DNA of 64,000 bases from Octopus sinensis (GCF_006345805.1 NC_043002.1:46500001-46564000); one strand, 5' to 3'. Numbered from the stretch's first letter, positions 25,701 through 39,962 are shown. Program-made: numbers and translations. The notes: a model not told the origin generated them from the sequence alone.

Positions 25701-27206
25701 ACGTCCTGATCCAGCAAATAAAAATAATTCTCCCTGGTAGAAATGTCAAACAGAGGCAAACACATAAAATACGATAGTTTGATATATTTTGGGGACGATT
25801 TGATTAATATTTCTTGAAGATTGTGCTACAAAAAAGCGGTCTATCTTTGTGACTTATACATGTATGCATCCACAAAACACAAGGAACGGTTTATGGGAGA
25901 TTTGCATGTTGTATCTAGTAGGCGTATCAAGCAGTGAATAAGATCAAAACTTCAACTCTGAGTGTTCGTATTTATCTGAAACTTTGACGAGAATTTACTA
26001 CACAACCGATGTTAAATGGTTTTCTAAGCGAATCTGTCTATGACACTATTCTGGAATTTGAAATTGTGTGATAAGAAAATGTGTAATGAATAAGAAAACG
26101 AAAGGATTGACTACATTCATCGTTCTAATATCTTCAACGTGTGTGTGTTTGTATTTAATCACCCATCACTGCTTGATAAGTGGTGTTGGTCTGTTTACGT
26201 CTCCGAAACCTAGCGGATCGGCAAAAGACATCGATAGGATAAGTACCAGGCTTAAAAGAAATTAGTAGTCGGGATTGATTTGCTTGACTAAACACTTCGA
26301 GGCAGTGCTCCAGTATGATCGCAATCCAGTGACCGAAACAAGGAAAAACTAAAAGATAATAGTGAGCTATAAATTCGGTTTTTTTTCCTTAAACACATTT
26401 TTATCTATCCAAACCAACTTGAAGAATTAACAGATCTCCAAAAGGAATCTTGGAACTTATGTAGCTTCACTGTCAACAAACTCGTAGGTATGAAACTGTG
26501 GCCAAGAATGCAAAAAAAGAAAGGAAAAAGAGGAAAATAAAAGTAAGTTCTCACAAGAAACATAATTGCTGCTCATTTATTTTCCCAAATTAATTCTCGC
26601 AGGCACACGATCGTCAAATGGTTAAGAAGTTCAAATTGCAATAATGAGCTTCCGGTTTCGATTCCGTGAGCAATTTACTTTTTCTTTTTTTTTATACTTG
26701 TTTCCATCATTGGACTGCAACCAGACTGGAACATCGACTTGAAGAGTTTTAGCCAAACAGATCGATCCGAGTACTTATTTTTAAAAGACTTATGCTTATT
26801 GTATTGTCCTCTTTTTACCGAACTGCTAAGTTACAAGCCAATACTGGTTTCAAGCAAATGACAACAAACACACACACAATTACCTACCTACCTACCTACA
26901 TACATACATACATACATACATACATACATCGAGAAATATGCAGTTACTCTATCCAGATTACAAGTTCAGGTTTATACTTGTAATTATTGGGGCCCTGGGA
27001 TATGTAACACACTGCCTAAATACCTATTTTGAGAAATTAAGCTTCTCAAAACTAGAAAGGGGAAAGCTAATTCGAAGACTACAGATCTAATCCATCACTG
27101 GAATTGTAAAAATCTGTAAAACTTTCCAGAAGTTTATCATTTAAATATATATGAGCATGTTTAGATATGTAACTATATGCATGAGACTACATACAAATCT
27201 GTACAT

Positions 27207-27241
<35 letters not shown>

Positions 27242-28514
27242 TACATACATACATACTCACTCACTCACTCACTCACTCACTCTGTTGTTGATGTTGAAAT
27301 TCCAATGAAGGAGCCTTGAATCTAGGTTAGAAACCGGCCTCTTTCTCTATTGGCAAGAAATCTTGAAATAAAACTGAACAATGACATATATACATCTACC
27401 AAATTCACTCACAAGGTATTTAAAAAACAAACTTGTCCAAGGTGCTACGGAATGGGACTGAACTCGGAACTACGTGGTCGCAGAGCAAGCTTCTTGACCA
27501 CTTAACATAATTGACAGAATAAGTACCAGACTTTAAAAGAAAAATAATTTTGTCGATTTGTTCGACTAAGCCCTTCAAGGCGGTATCCCAGTATGGCTGC
27601 AGTCCAATGACTGAAACAAGTAAAAGACAAAAAGGTGAAGAACCACTGCTCTCTGTGGTGTCGATCGATCTATCGACCGCTTTGCCTAGAAACAGCAACC
27701 AATTTTCCTTCAAACCACAACCTACTATTTAAAAAATAAAATAAAATGAAAAATAAGAAGGAAGGCTACACAAGATAATGTCCCAGATAAACTACATTTG
27801 AATAAGTGACGGATGTTCAGTTATTGTCATTGTCTGTTCAATCAGGACAAACCAACAGCAAGAAGCATCTGCTATTGTCGCGAACAAGTCAACAAAGGAA
27901 AGTTGGTATCATCTTCAGTTCAGCTGATCAAGGATAATCCAGCTGTGACTATCTCATTTTTCCATGTGAGCAGGGAATCCGAGCCAACATTACCCAACGT
28001 GTCTTTTTATAAGACGATGAGAGATGTAATTTGGGGGAAGATATGTTTGATATTTTTGGTAGTTTGAATAACCACGTTAGATAGAGATTGCTTTTTCTGG
28101 CTTTCTCGACTTTTTAGAAATAACAACCAAATTCCACTGAAATCACACCCAACCAACTTAACTTGGGAAAGGCCACAGTGGATAATGTAGTTGTACATGA
28201 CCTTAAAATGAAGAAATGGTTACAGTCGAAGCGCTTTTGATCACAGGTCGGCTCTGTGTTGAAAGACGACGGTGGCGGCGACGGCTGTGTCATCGATTAA
28301 CTTGAGGCAAATCATTACAGGTATAAATCAAATAGAATCCGATGAAACTAGATATATGTCTGTATTGGTAATTATAGAACTTCATAAAGTGTAACAAATT
28401 ATTTTGCTATGAAAAATATAGATGAATTTGAAGTTTGGACTAAGATTGTTCCCACCATGTTATTTAATTTCTCTGTGCATTTATCTTACGTAAAATTCTG
28501 TGTAACTCTTACAG

Positions 28515-28563
28515 GATATTTTATAAGCGGAACTCCAAAGTTTTTCAGACATAAGTTAGAAAA
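28515..28563 (+). CDS. Candidate 49-nt exon (phase 1 to 2; YFISGTPKFFRHKLE)
   Basis: Acceptor gtaactcttacag with upstream pyrimidine tract; donor AA|gtaagt; one open frame. Confidence 0.4.
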
Positions 28564-29885
28564 GTAAGTATTGCTTGTATAGAAAAGTAAGTATTGCTTG
28601 TTATGACTCAACTATTAGCTTCCGTATGCTGTTATTTCTACTATTTAGATTTTCCATGAAATCATTACGCTGATCCGATTTCTTCGAAATGACGGAAGAT
28701 CCTTTTACATAATCGCTCAGTGTCCGGAAAAATACTCGTAATTTTTGCGAGGAAAAAATGCCCTATTATATATAAATACTATAAACAATTAAAGTAATAA
28801 AATGTACTTTTAAGTCAGTTATTAACTGACGACACTTGACTTGTACACTACATATGATGGTATTACACATATGTGAAAAAAAAAAATTATTCATTTTCAT
28901 AAGCAAAATAAGATGATGAAAAAACAAAAATTAAGTCAGTCATTTATTGACAATAAATGAGATGTACGGCCTGAAAACATTTTACATAGTATCGTAACAT
29001 TACATGTATATTTAGTATATTTAATGTTAATTGATCACTAAAACGAATATTCCAGCCGACGCCATGAAGAAACTTTGCCATAGTCTTCTGGTTCTTCCGA
29101 GGCAACAAACATATTTTTACAGTGATTTTTTTCCAGTAAATGTTTTTTTCAGTGACTCTTTTTCTGTGATTTTTTTTGTGACCTTTTTTCTGGATCCAAT
29201 CAAGAGATAGCAACCAAATCTCACCTTATACAAGAGATAGCAACCAAATCTCACCGCAAATTAATCCATCATCTTAAAAAGAAAGAGAGCACCAGTAATG
29301 AAAAGAAAGAAAAATAAAGGTGGGAGGTGAAATGGTCACGCCAAGAATGCGTAGAATCCTGACTTGATCAGTATTCATCTGGGGTGAACGATAATCTGAT
29401 AATCTGATTTCCGTCTACTTCCTAACTTATCCTTTCACTCTTGAACATATTTCATGCAATATCTTGTACTTCCTTGTCAAAGGGAAAAAAATGTATATTC
29501 AGAAATTGAAAGGAGGCTATAGAACAGGCAAAGAGAAACATTTGGTGATATTCGTTCGGCTTGAAGTCTTGCATCCTTGAATTCAAATATGACTTGGTTA
29601 GTTTTTGTCTTTCCTTTAATCCAGTATTAATAAAAAAAAAGCAATAATGTGCTGACCATTCCTGTGTTTTACTCAAGGAGCTCATCATGCTTTGCTCGGA
29701 TATAATTCTTTCTAATATAGGTATAGGGCCTGAAATTTTGAAGGGGGGTGGGTGGCTAGTCGATTACACTAGAGTTGAACTCTAGTGTTCGACTGGTTCT
29801 TATTTCATCAACCTCGAGAGGATGAAAGGCAAAAGTTGGCCTCAGCGGCATTTGAACTTAAAACGAAAAGTGACGGAAGAAATAT

Positions 29886-30120
29886 ATATTTCTTTACTAC
29901 CCACAAGGGGCTAAACACAGAGGGGGAAAACAAGGACAGACAAACGGATTAAGTCGATTACATCGACCCCAGTGCGTAACTGGTACTTAATTTATCGACC
30001 CCGAAAGGATGAAAGGCAAAGTCGACCTCGGCGGAATTTGAACCCAGAACGTAACGGCAGACGAAATACGGCTACGCATTTCGCCCGGCGTGCTAACGTT
30101 TCTGCCAGCTCGCCGCCTTT
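29886..30120 (-). mobile_element. Full-length young OK-like SINE (family B)
   Basis: Near-exact reverse complement of 31478-31702 with intact head ggcggcgagctggcagaaacgttagcacgccgggcg. Confidence 0.85.
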
Positions 30121-31034
30121 TTGTTCAGATATGAGATCAGAAAATGTCCGTTACTATCACCTGTTTGCATTAAAATAGGTCCACTGTGTCTTTTATATAA
30201 AATTTAAATGGATAATATCATTAGGGTTATCTCCCTTGATGTTTTTAGATTGTAAACAACTTTACAAATTTTTGTCTACTAATTGCATGGATAATTATTT
30301 CGGTTAATCGTAACTTTTCAACACACTACATCACAATACGTGAAAACTTCTCATAATTTAGTGTAGTTTTTTTTGTTAATCGATATTACAGTCATATTTC
30401 CCAAAGATACAGTTCCAAACATAAAGTGAAACACTACAATTCATTCATATAATGCTTTCCAAGTATTTCTTTACGTTCCTTGATATTTTCTGTTTAAACC
30501 CTGCTGATGTTGATTTTTGTTTTTTCTCTTTTCGGGTTTGCTAAAACAGAGTACCATTTAAGTAATTTACAATTAAATAGACAAACCCCCCCCCCCGCCA
30601 CTCACACGCACACAATGTCTATCTTTGTGCCTATTTTTGAAATTGTTATTCTTCTTAAAACACTAAACAGTCAGATGTGTTTTGATCCTGCTCCTACAAA
30701 ACTGGGCCAGAACGGTAGTAACTATTTTGAAGCGAGCGTCATTTTGTATCTTTAGAGTTATGTTTTGGCTTCCTCCTCTTTCGTAGATAGAAAAAAAAAA
30801 CTGTATATTTCAATTTAAAAACATTTATTTTGATGTGAAACATTCATAATTTTTTAAAGCATAGCGTTTATAAGACAAGTGGTCAGAGTATGACACTCGC
30901 AATGGCGGCAGCAGTCTTCTATCAAGAAGCAAGTTATATTACTCTACTAAAAGAAAAAAAAAAATAAATAAATAAAAAATAAATGTGGGGTAAGAAGTTT
31001 GTTTCCCAACCACATGATTTTTACTGTATATATA

Positions 31035-31078
<44 letters not shown>

Positions 31079-31477
31079 GTGTGTGTGTGTGTGTGCTATG
31101 TCTGTGTTTGTCTCCCCACCACACTTGGCAACCGGTGCAGGTGTGATCACGTCCTCGTAACTTAACGGTTCGGCAAAAGAGACTGATGGAATAAGTGCCG
31201 GCTTTAATAAAAAAATAAGTACTGGAATTGATACATGCAACTAAAGAGTTCTTTAAGGCGGTGCCCCCACATGGCCGCAGTCTAATGATTGAAACAAATA
31301 AAAGATAAAAGATGAACTTTAAAAAATATTTCTAAAAAAAAAAGTCACAGATCTTATTGGGATTAACGCGGCACCGTGAAATCAGCATTGGTAATTCCAT
31401 GGACGTGAATGGTGCAGATAAATTAGACAAATACAAACACAGAGAAGATAACAGCAGTAACGATATTTGTCATTATT

Positions 31478-31702
31478 AAGGCGGCGAGCTGGCGGAAACG
31501 TTAGTACGCCGGGCGAAATGCTTAGCAGTATTTCGTCTGTCATTGCGTTCTGAGTCGCCGAGGTCGACTTTGCCTTTCATCCTTTCGGGGTCGATAAATT
31601 AAATACTAGTTACACACTGGAGTCGATGTAATCGACTTAATCCGTTTGTCTGTCCTTGTTTGTCCCCTCTGTGTTTAGCCCCTTGTGGGCAATAAAGAAA
31701 TA
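31478..31702 (+). mobile_element. Full-length OK-like SINE with 16-bp target-site duplication
   Basis: Perfect TSD gatatttgtcattatt at 31462-31477 and 31703-31718. Confidence 0.9.
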
Positions 31703-31789
31703 GATATTTGTCATTATTGCTGTGGATTTTTGGTACACAGTGAACTATAAACAATATTTGAAGTTATATCTTTGGGAAGATATCATAGT

Positions 31790-32450
31790 AGACAGCAGGA
31801 TGAAAGAAGTATGGTGCGTGTTACACACAATCCAAAGGACAAGGCCGGCCCAAGGTACCGGCAACTCGGACAGTCGCTCGGGACGCTGTGTGCTAGGGGG
31901 CGCCAAGGAGGGCGTGACAAAGACAAGGACATTTCCACGACCGTCAGCTTGTACACGCCGAAGTTCAGCTTGCCTGGGGCGCTAGCAACCCTAGGACTGG
32001 CTCTGCCAAAGGTACAGCCACATCCTATGAATGATTCCAAACGGTTCAGATAAATGGTCACTCATCTCCACCATCGATCAGGTGTTCCTGAACATCGAAC
32101 AGAAACCGGCTGCACTTTGTATAGCCACCAGATACTGATAATCAACAGTTTCAGTTGACCCACGCTGACCGAAGACTCTTACTACCCGCCAAAAATCTAT
32201 ACTCGTCCTTGCTATGGTGTTTCGTATAAGGCTGAGGTCCTTGTGAGTCGATCTGCCTGGGAACGCATAGGTTTTAGTGAACGCGACAAATCTATCCGAG
32301 GCAAACGAAAACTTGGGCCAAAATCTTTGATATGGACAAGTTCTTCCAAGTCTGGCTCAGAGATCTCAACTAACAGCAAGCTGGACGTTTTACTATGGGT
32401 GTTATTTATGATTAGCAACGATGAATCGTTAGAGAAGGAGACCAGAATCT
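31790..32450. mobile_element. GC-rich unclassified retroelement-like fragment
   Basis: GC and CpG content well above background; short ORFs on both strands with no recognisable motif; adjacent to an RLE-LINE end. Confidence 0.3.
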
Positions 32451-32469
32451 GAGAACTAAGATTCTGTCA

Positions 32470-32680
32470 AATTTATAACATTTTGGTTTTGAAAGAGAAT
32501 CAGGTATTTTCTGGCCGACCATGTTTTTCTTAGGTAGTGGGCAGTACCCATAAAAACAATTTTACGTAGTTCTGATACCTTGGGGTTTTCTGATATTTGG
32601 CCGCGGTGTTTAAGAGCACCATTTGGTATTGTCCTCAAAGTTCCGGTGATCATAGGTACAATCGTTGTTCCTGGATACTA
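32470..32680 (-). mobile_element. R4/Dong-like (RLE) non-LTR retrotransposon 3' end
   Basis: Translation TTIVPMITGTLRTIPNGALKHRGQISENPKVSELRKIVFMGTAHYLRK matches the RLE C-terminal pattern VPvvvGALGtIP...LQKxxLxGTAHILRK. Confidence 0.65.
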
Positions 32681-34795
32681 CTTTTTGAGACCTCTTTTTC
32701 AAGGTCCTTATACTTACTTAACTTCTCAATTTTTTTTTACAGAAGTCTTGCAGTCTACTAAGATTGGCATTTCTATGAGCAGGAATGTTTTGTCCGTTTT
32801 TTTTTTATCACAATATCTGGCATATTGGCTTGAATTGCACGATCAGTTTGAATAGTAAAGCCCAATAGAACGGCGATTTATTTAATTAACTAATTAATTA
32901 ATTTTATTTATTTATTATCAAGGCAGCGAGTTGGTAAAATCATTAGCATCTCGCCCGGCTTTTAAATTCTGTGTTGAAATACTGCCGAGTCGACTTTTGA
33001 GGTCGATGAATTAAGTACCAGTCTTGTACTAGAGTCAAAGTAATTAACTAGCCCACTCCCACAAAAATTTAGGCCATGTGCCTTTATTAGAGGGATTTGA
33101 TGAAAACTCTCAGCCTATTTTGCTGGGTATGATAGAAAGTATCAGCTGTTCACAACCAGCAGATTAAGATGACACTTGTTTACTGGTCATGTTTCAAGAA
33201 CCCTGCGAAATGCTGATTTTTGGCGGTGTTCTATGTTTACATTTGTACCAGTTTTTTTGTATTCTGCTTCTTCTTCTTATTATTATTACTTCAGTTCACG
33301 GCTAGTCCGCTTTGCCCTCCATACCTTCTCATCTCAAGATGTCTGAAAGAAATACATATCAGTAATCTACTGTAATCGACTCGGTCGATTCTTCCGCCTT
33401 CCATAAATAACGTCTTTTGTTACTAGTTCAATATTCAGTGAAATTATCATAGTAATGTCACCAACTTGGCACTGCCTTTTGCTTTCAGCTTACAATGTCT
33501 TTTTACTCATTTTAGCGCTCGTGGAATAATTAAAGAAAAAGAAAAGTTTTCTTAGCTCAGAATAGAATGATTAGAAGGAACCGATCACATCCAACAACCA
33601 ATTTTAGTAATTAAGGTTAATAATGATTTACAGCTTTAATCAAGAATAAATAAAATTGTGTAAAACTGGGAAATTTTTAGAACTCTAAACACTAGTTAAC
33701 CTTTTCTGCTGCTTTGAGTGTCAAGTCAAAGAAAACTATCAAACGAGTTATTTTTTGTTTTTTCGTTAATAGCTTTGAACAAGATTACATTTTAAAGAGA
33801 GAAAAAAAATGTTATTGAATTCGTAAAACACGTAACTTGTCTTCTTGTTTTTGATTTCTTCTAACGAAAATCATTCAGCTGTAAGTTTCAGGCAAGATGA
33901 AGAAGCAGCTTTTCAAAATACAGTGTTTTCTACCTGCGTACTACCTTTGGCGAAGACGAATGGCTTAATGGTCGGGAATCTTCGGCTCACGAGCGTAAGG
34001 TCGTGATTTTCATTTCCGGTGGCGCGTCGTGTCCTTGAGCAAGACGCTTTATTTCGCGTTGCTCCAGTCCACTTAGCTGACAAAAATGAGAAGTACCTGT
34101 AATTCGAAGGGCCAGCTTTGTCATCTTCTTTGTCACTTTGAATCAATCCAAGAACTACCTTAAGAGATACTCGTGTCTGTGGAGTGCTCGGCCACTTGCA
34201 CATTAATTTCACGGATCAACTGGTACCATCGTCGTCGTCATAACAGATGAATTGCCAGTACCCTTGAAGTGTTTTTAATTGTCATGGAGCAGCAGTAGGA
34301 AAGTTCCATGGAGGCTGTTGCTAGATTAGTTATGGGTTTGAACACTGTGTAACGCTTCGGAAACAGGTTTCTGAGTAAAGACTATCGCTAGGCAGTTACT
34401 GGTATGCACATGTATATAACACTTCGGAAAGCTTTGTCTTCAGTTGTTGCAAAATCAATTCCAGGTCCTGTTCTCCCCCCACTTCCTGAAGTGGGGGTTG
34501 GGTTCGTCTACTGCGAGCACATGTAAATTAGAAACTCACTGAGAGCAGTAGCCCTTAGTTTGGCGTCTTCGACATTTACAACTTCAACATCAATAACTGT
34601 AATTTCTACTTCAGACTTGATCCTATCACCACATAGACTCAATAGCGTTTATCTTATATTCCAAATAAGTTGTGAGCAAAAGAAGAAAGTAACCGAGTAA
34701 CTAGTTTTACATACCTAAAAGGAACTTTCATTAAAAGACACTGATGTTTTATAGAAATTAAGATATTAGTTCGGGATGATAAATTCATAAGCTAT

Positions 34796-34835
<40 letters not shown>

Positions 34836-36306
34836 TGAGCAAAATGTAGAATCGGGATGTTGATTATAACAGAAGTCGAGAAAATTGGCAATTTCTAACA
34901 ACTTCCAAATGTAGAAGCCACACAATTTAATTTAACTGACAAGGAGGCCTATCGATCATTGATTGATACTATACGCCCAAAACGAAACAGGCAATATATT
35001 GGTACTTTTGATAGCTTTTAATGTTTGGAATTTATGTATTGCAAGGCAAGTTCAATAAAAGTAATAAACACATTATTTGAGTTATCTTACCAGTTGTGGT
35101 CAATGGATCTGTAGTAGAAGCTCTGGAATAGAAATAGCACGAACTTTTGTACTTTTAGATGTTGAGAGTTTCTACATTTTGGTAGAAAGAAAATAAGTGT
35201 TTTTCTCTAGTAGAAGAGATCACTAATAAAAACTGTCTGGTAGACTTATTTGGGCTTTCCAAAAATTTCTTTACTGCTCCAATCCCTGTTTTACTTCATG
35301 ACTTTCAAGTTATCACATTAAAAAGTTATTTTGAATAGTTGTTAGTTAATGTATAGGGGAAAAAAAAAAAAAAAACGATGTCTGTGTATCGACTATAGTT
35401 AGCTTTTATGCAGATGATTCGGGCCGAACAGACATTTGTCGTTTAGGAATATACACTGCTTAGCAATATAATATGAGTAGAGAACAGAAAATTACCTCGA
35501 TCGTCATCTGGTCTATATTTGCTAATGAAAAAAATAATTTATAACGGCGAGTTTTGATTATAATGAAATTGAACCGGTAGCACAAGGTTTGCCAGAGAAG
35601 GTAAATCATTTAAATTAAACCCTAATCACACGTTTTCAATTGAAAGGCACACTGAAGAGTTTGTGATCGTTCCACTCAATAACTCTTTTGTACGAAAACC
35701 TGAAAAATTCATTAGGTAATGATGATGAGAATTTTCTAAGTTCTCCACTTATAAAATATTGATAAGCAGTATATGTAATCCTAAAGAATGTAGCTGACTA
35801 CTTAGGAGATGATTAAATGCACCGTTGCACTATATCAATGAAGTGTGATAATTTGGCCCAAATCGTCTTAGAAACTTTCGGTTTGCTGCTATCAGTACAC
35901 TCACACACACACGCACACAAGCACCTTTGCTGAAGAAGGTTTAGAAATGTAAACACATGCGATTGAGGAAATACTCGCTAACGATGAAACTCGATCAAGT
36001 ACGTTCATGAATGTTTCCAAAACGCAAATTAGAGTATACGCTTAGATTTGTGCGCATTTTTGTGTACACAGAGTAGGTTATATTTTCTTCGATCCCTTTG
36101 TTTAGGCTTTCTAGAGTGATATTTTTCAGCTTTATATCTTCTAAGGGCAGGTTACGTATCGGCAGTGAGCATTTTTGTTAGCGAATAGGTGGTTAAAGCA
36201 ACGACAGTCCAGTATCCAGGCAATCATATTTACCAGTGCTTCTCAAACGTCTTTTTGACTATCACCCCACCTTATGTATTTTGGATTTAGCGAAATTAGA
36301 CATACC

Positions 36307-36338
<32 letters not shown>

Positions 36339-37445
36339 GTAACGGTTAGTTCTTCGTTGCAGTCGAGAGTCACCAATTGTAACGGTTGTTGTTAGGTGTT
36401 GGTTGCCAGTATGAAAGATGGAAGAAGAACAGTGATCGAAGTTGTAAAGAAATATTTACTTACCGTTACTTTGTATATATCCAAAACCATGACGGGTTGC
36501 TGTATATAATTAGTAAATGGAAAAACATGCCAGGTAAAAAAAAAAGAAGTTAATTTCGGCGGGTATGTGATAAATTTATAAGCTATCATATATATATATA
36601 TATTATTGGGGGGGGGGGGTTTCTCATAGTAGTATATATAGAGAGATATGGTAATGTTACAGAGAAAAGAAAGTGAAAGTGAGAGTGGTGGGTCGAAACA
36701 ACTGCTTCGTTGGTGAGTTACCATAGTTGTCTCTTTGTACCTTTTCCTTCAGACTCGGTTCTCACTAACTGACTTTGGCTTACGGAGTTCTTGTTTTTAT
36801 AACTATCCAAACCCAGCCAGAAGGATAAGCATATTGTTGGGAACAATAGATTTCGTTGGAGGTCTGTTATCTCTATTCTAGCTTTTGGTGATCTAGAAGA
36901 GGTTCGATGGGTCAAGTGGCGAAGACTTTATTCCGGTTTAGCGAAGGCATCTGCTGTCACTCACAGAAAAACTTTTGTTTTACCGTGAGAAAAGTGAAAT
37001 TTGGCGATCGAGGATCGAATCCACGCTATGCCTGCATGAAGCCACTACATCACTTCCCCTCCAGAAAGGTTCGGAGAAAATTTAACGAACGATCGAGGAA
37101 GAGACAGAAATGCATGGTCGAGGAAAAAGCTAGCTATCAGGAGAGTGGATCATTGAAGTGTATACGAGACAGATACGCACCTCTACTGTGCCATACTGTC
37201 TTCTTGTAATGAACGTGGTCGACCTTTTTTCTTTCAAATATTCCTCAATAGCCTCGATTGTTGCTATTTCGATCCTTCTGCTTGCTATAAATTACAGTCC
37301 TTTTGGTTACATTACTTGCTAACTCACTTTGGTTTATGAATTTCTTGTTTTTATAACTGTCCAAATCTAGGATAGGTATATTGTTAAGAACAATAGATTT
37401 CGTTGGAGGTCTGTATATGTATATGTATATATATATATATATTAT

Positions 37446-37476
<31 letters not shown>

Positions 37477-37771
37477 GGAAAAAAAGGGTCAAGATAGAAA
37501 ATGCTAAAATAATTTTATAAAAAACATTTCAGTCATAGAGACTTTTCCAACTGTAACAATTAAACAATTAATTTAGAAAAAATTAAAAAAAGCTTATTTA
37601 AAAGAATATTTGCATAGAGTTCAAATACAAGTGGCATTTTCCTTGTTTCTGCCTGTCTCCGTCTCTCTTGTTTACTCTTGTGGGTTCGAGGTCGTTGTGA
37701 ATTCTTGGTAGGGAAGAAGAAGAAGAAGAATGTGGGAGTGCCATGACAGTAGTATTTTGAATGGTCAGCTA

Positions 37772-37845
<74 letters not shown>

Positions 37846-38914
37846 TTATTGTGTCTGAGGAGAGTCATTCTGTGTTAATGCCTTAATTAACACATTCACC
37901 GGTTCGATTTCCACTAATTTAATTATTTTTTTCTAAAATTCTCATTGCTTCTTGCAATCAAGGCACAATAAAACATGCTTCGATACATGAATTCACATAA
38001 AGAATCTTGCAAACCAAACATAAAAACGAAATACACACACACACACACACACTTATATGTGTATATGTGTGTGGAAGCGCAATGGCCCAGTGGTTAGGGC
38101 AGCGGACTCGCGGTCATGATTCCCAGACCGGGCGTTGTGAGTGTTTATTGAGCGAAAAACACCTAAAGCTCCACGAGGCTCCGGCAAGGGATGGTGGTGA
38201 TCCCTGCTGTACTCTTTCACCACAACTTTCTCTCACTCTTACTTCCTGTTTCTGTTGTACCTGTATTTCAAAGGGCTGGCCTTGTCACTCTCTGTGTCAC
38301 GCTGAATATCCCCGAGAACTACGTTAAGGGTGCACGTGTCTGTGGAGTGCTCAGCCTCTTGCACGTTAATTTCACGAGCAGGCTGTTCCGTTGATTCGGA
38401 TCAACCGGAACCCTCGTCGTCGTAACCGACAGAGTGCTTCCATCCATATGTGAGTGTACACACACACTCATTAATTTAGTAAAATGATGGTTGCTAATAT
38501 GCTAATATGTTTGCGTGCGCGTGCATGTATTGTATGTGTCCACTCTTACACACTCACACACGCACACACACACACACACACATACACACACAAGCTGTTT
38601 CGCTTGTCCACCGTGTCCTCGTGATGGCCTTTGCAAGAGTTCTCTGGAGACTCTAAATTCCAATCTAGGCATGAGTATAATGACAAAGTACATGAAATCA
38701 ATCTCCTCTGCATGTCGAACTTTTTAATAACACGTCCTTTGTCATCTAAAGCAGAAAATTGCTGTAAACGATAACAAAGTTGTTGCTCATGCTATATTTC
38801 TTTAATGAAATATGTCTTTGCTGATTATTCATGGATCCCTTTAATTCCCATGTTACTCAGATAGACCTTCATAGTCATTTGGTGTTTAGCAATGCTTTTC
38901 TTTTATCTTTTTTA

Positions 38915-39292
38915 CTTCTTTTAGTCATTTGACTGCGGCCATGCTGGAGCACTGCCTTTAGTCGAGCAAATCGACCCCCAGGACTTATTCTTTGTAAGCC
39001 TAGTACTTATTCTATCGGTCTCTTCTGCCGAACCGCTAAGTTACGGGGACGTAAACACACCAGCATCGGTTGTCAATCGATGTTGAGAGGGGGGGGCAAA
39101 CACACACACATATATATATACATATATACGACGAGCTTCTTCCAGTTTCTGCCTACCAAATCCACTCACAAGGCTTTGGTCGGCCCGAGGCTATAGTAGA
39201 AGACACTTGCCCGAGGTGCCACGCAGTGGGAGTGAACCCATAACCATGTGGTTGGTAAGCAAGCTACTTACCACACAGCCACTCCTGCGCCT
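38915..39292 (-). mobile_element. Full-length young OR-type CORE-SINE (more copies or fragments at about 2600, 3050, 4760, 17950, 26130, 27400, 31080, 41340, 41820, 42320, 51380, 54865, 57060)
   Basis: On the minus strand: head ggcgcaggagtggctgtgtggtaagtagc, core ggcacctcgggcaagtgtctt, microsatellite spacer, tail gactaaaag; CpG-rich. Confidence 0.85.
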
Positions 39293-39705
39293 ATTATATC
39301 TTTATAATTAAGTATTATTAGGAATTGTATTAAAAAAATTATTGTGTCAACGTAGAAGTATAACTAATTCATTGCATATAATTTTTAACAACAAAATCTT
39401 ATATGGACTCCTTCCAAGGGCCATATGGATCTCGGTTGAGAACCACTGATTTAATCTTATATTTTTTGTGCACCTGCTATGCGGTTTTACATATGTAGAT
39501 TAGCGTGATTTTTGTTTTTTAGCGTCAATTTGTAAGCCAGCATCATAACGATTTTGTTGAGATATCGGAATTTATATTGCAGAAATAGTCACCCCATGGT
39601 TCTGTCAATTGATCCACTGCAAATATTTCTTGCTTTGTCACTTTAGAAGCTCACTATAAACAGCTTATATAAAAGGATTCAAAACCGCTTCTTTTGTGTT
39701 TGTAG

Positions 39706-39820
39706 ACAAAGGTTGCTGATATTGCTGAAAACTTTATCTCAGCTGCACAACGTAGAAAGAGATCCATTTCATCTGATTCCCATATACATTAACAGACAGT
39801 ATAAAACGATGCGTCTCAAA
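39706..39820 (+). CDS. Candidate exon upstream of the 12-nt microexon (QRLLILLKTLSQLHNVERDPFHLIPIYINRQYKTMRLK; alternative donor at 39839)
   Basis: Acceptor cttcttttgtgtttgtag; donors AAA|gtaatt or CGC|gtatgt, both phase 0. An alternative frame reads TKVADIAENFISAAQRRKRSISSDSHIH*. Confidence 0.3.
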
Positions 39821-39950
39821 GTAATTGTACTGAGGCGCGTATGTGGAAGATTAGATGATTTACAAGTAAAGAACTGCCGTTGTCTTTATGTGCAATCGCA
39901 TTCCCCACTAAATACAGGTACTAACAGTTGTTGACTTGTTTTACTTGCAG

Positions 39951-39962
39951 GTAGGGCTTCGA
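39951..39962 (+). CDS. Candidate 12-nt frame-preserving microexon GTAGGGCTTCGA (VGLR or xRAS)
   Basis: Perfect branch point TACTAAC (39919-39925), pyrimidine tract, ttgcag acceptor and donor gtaagt. Confidence 0.6.

Noticed and set aside
29201-29255. 25-bp direct repeat with 30-bp period, CRISPR-like at first glance
   Set aside because: Only two units, derived from an abundant dispersed repeat in eukaryotic DNA; no array and no cas genes.
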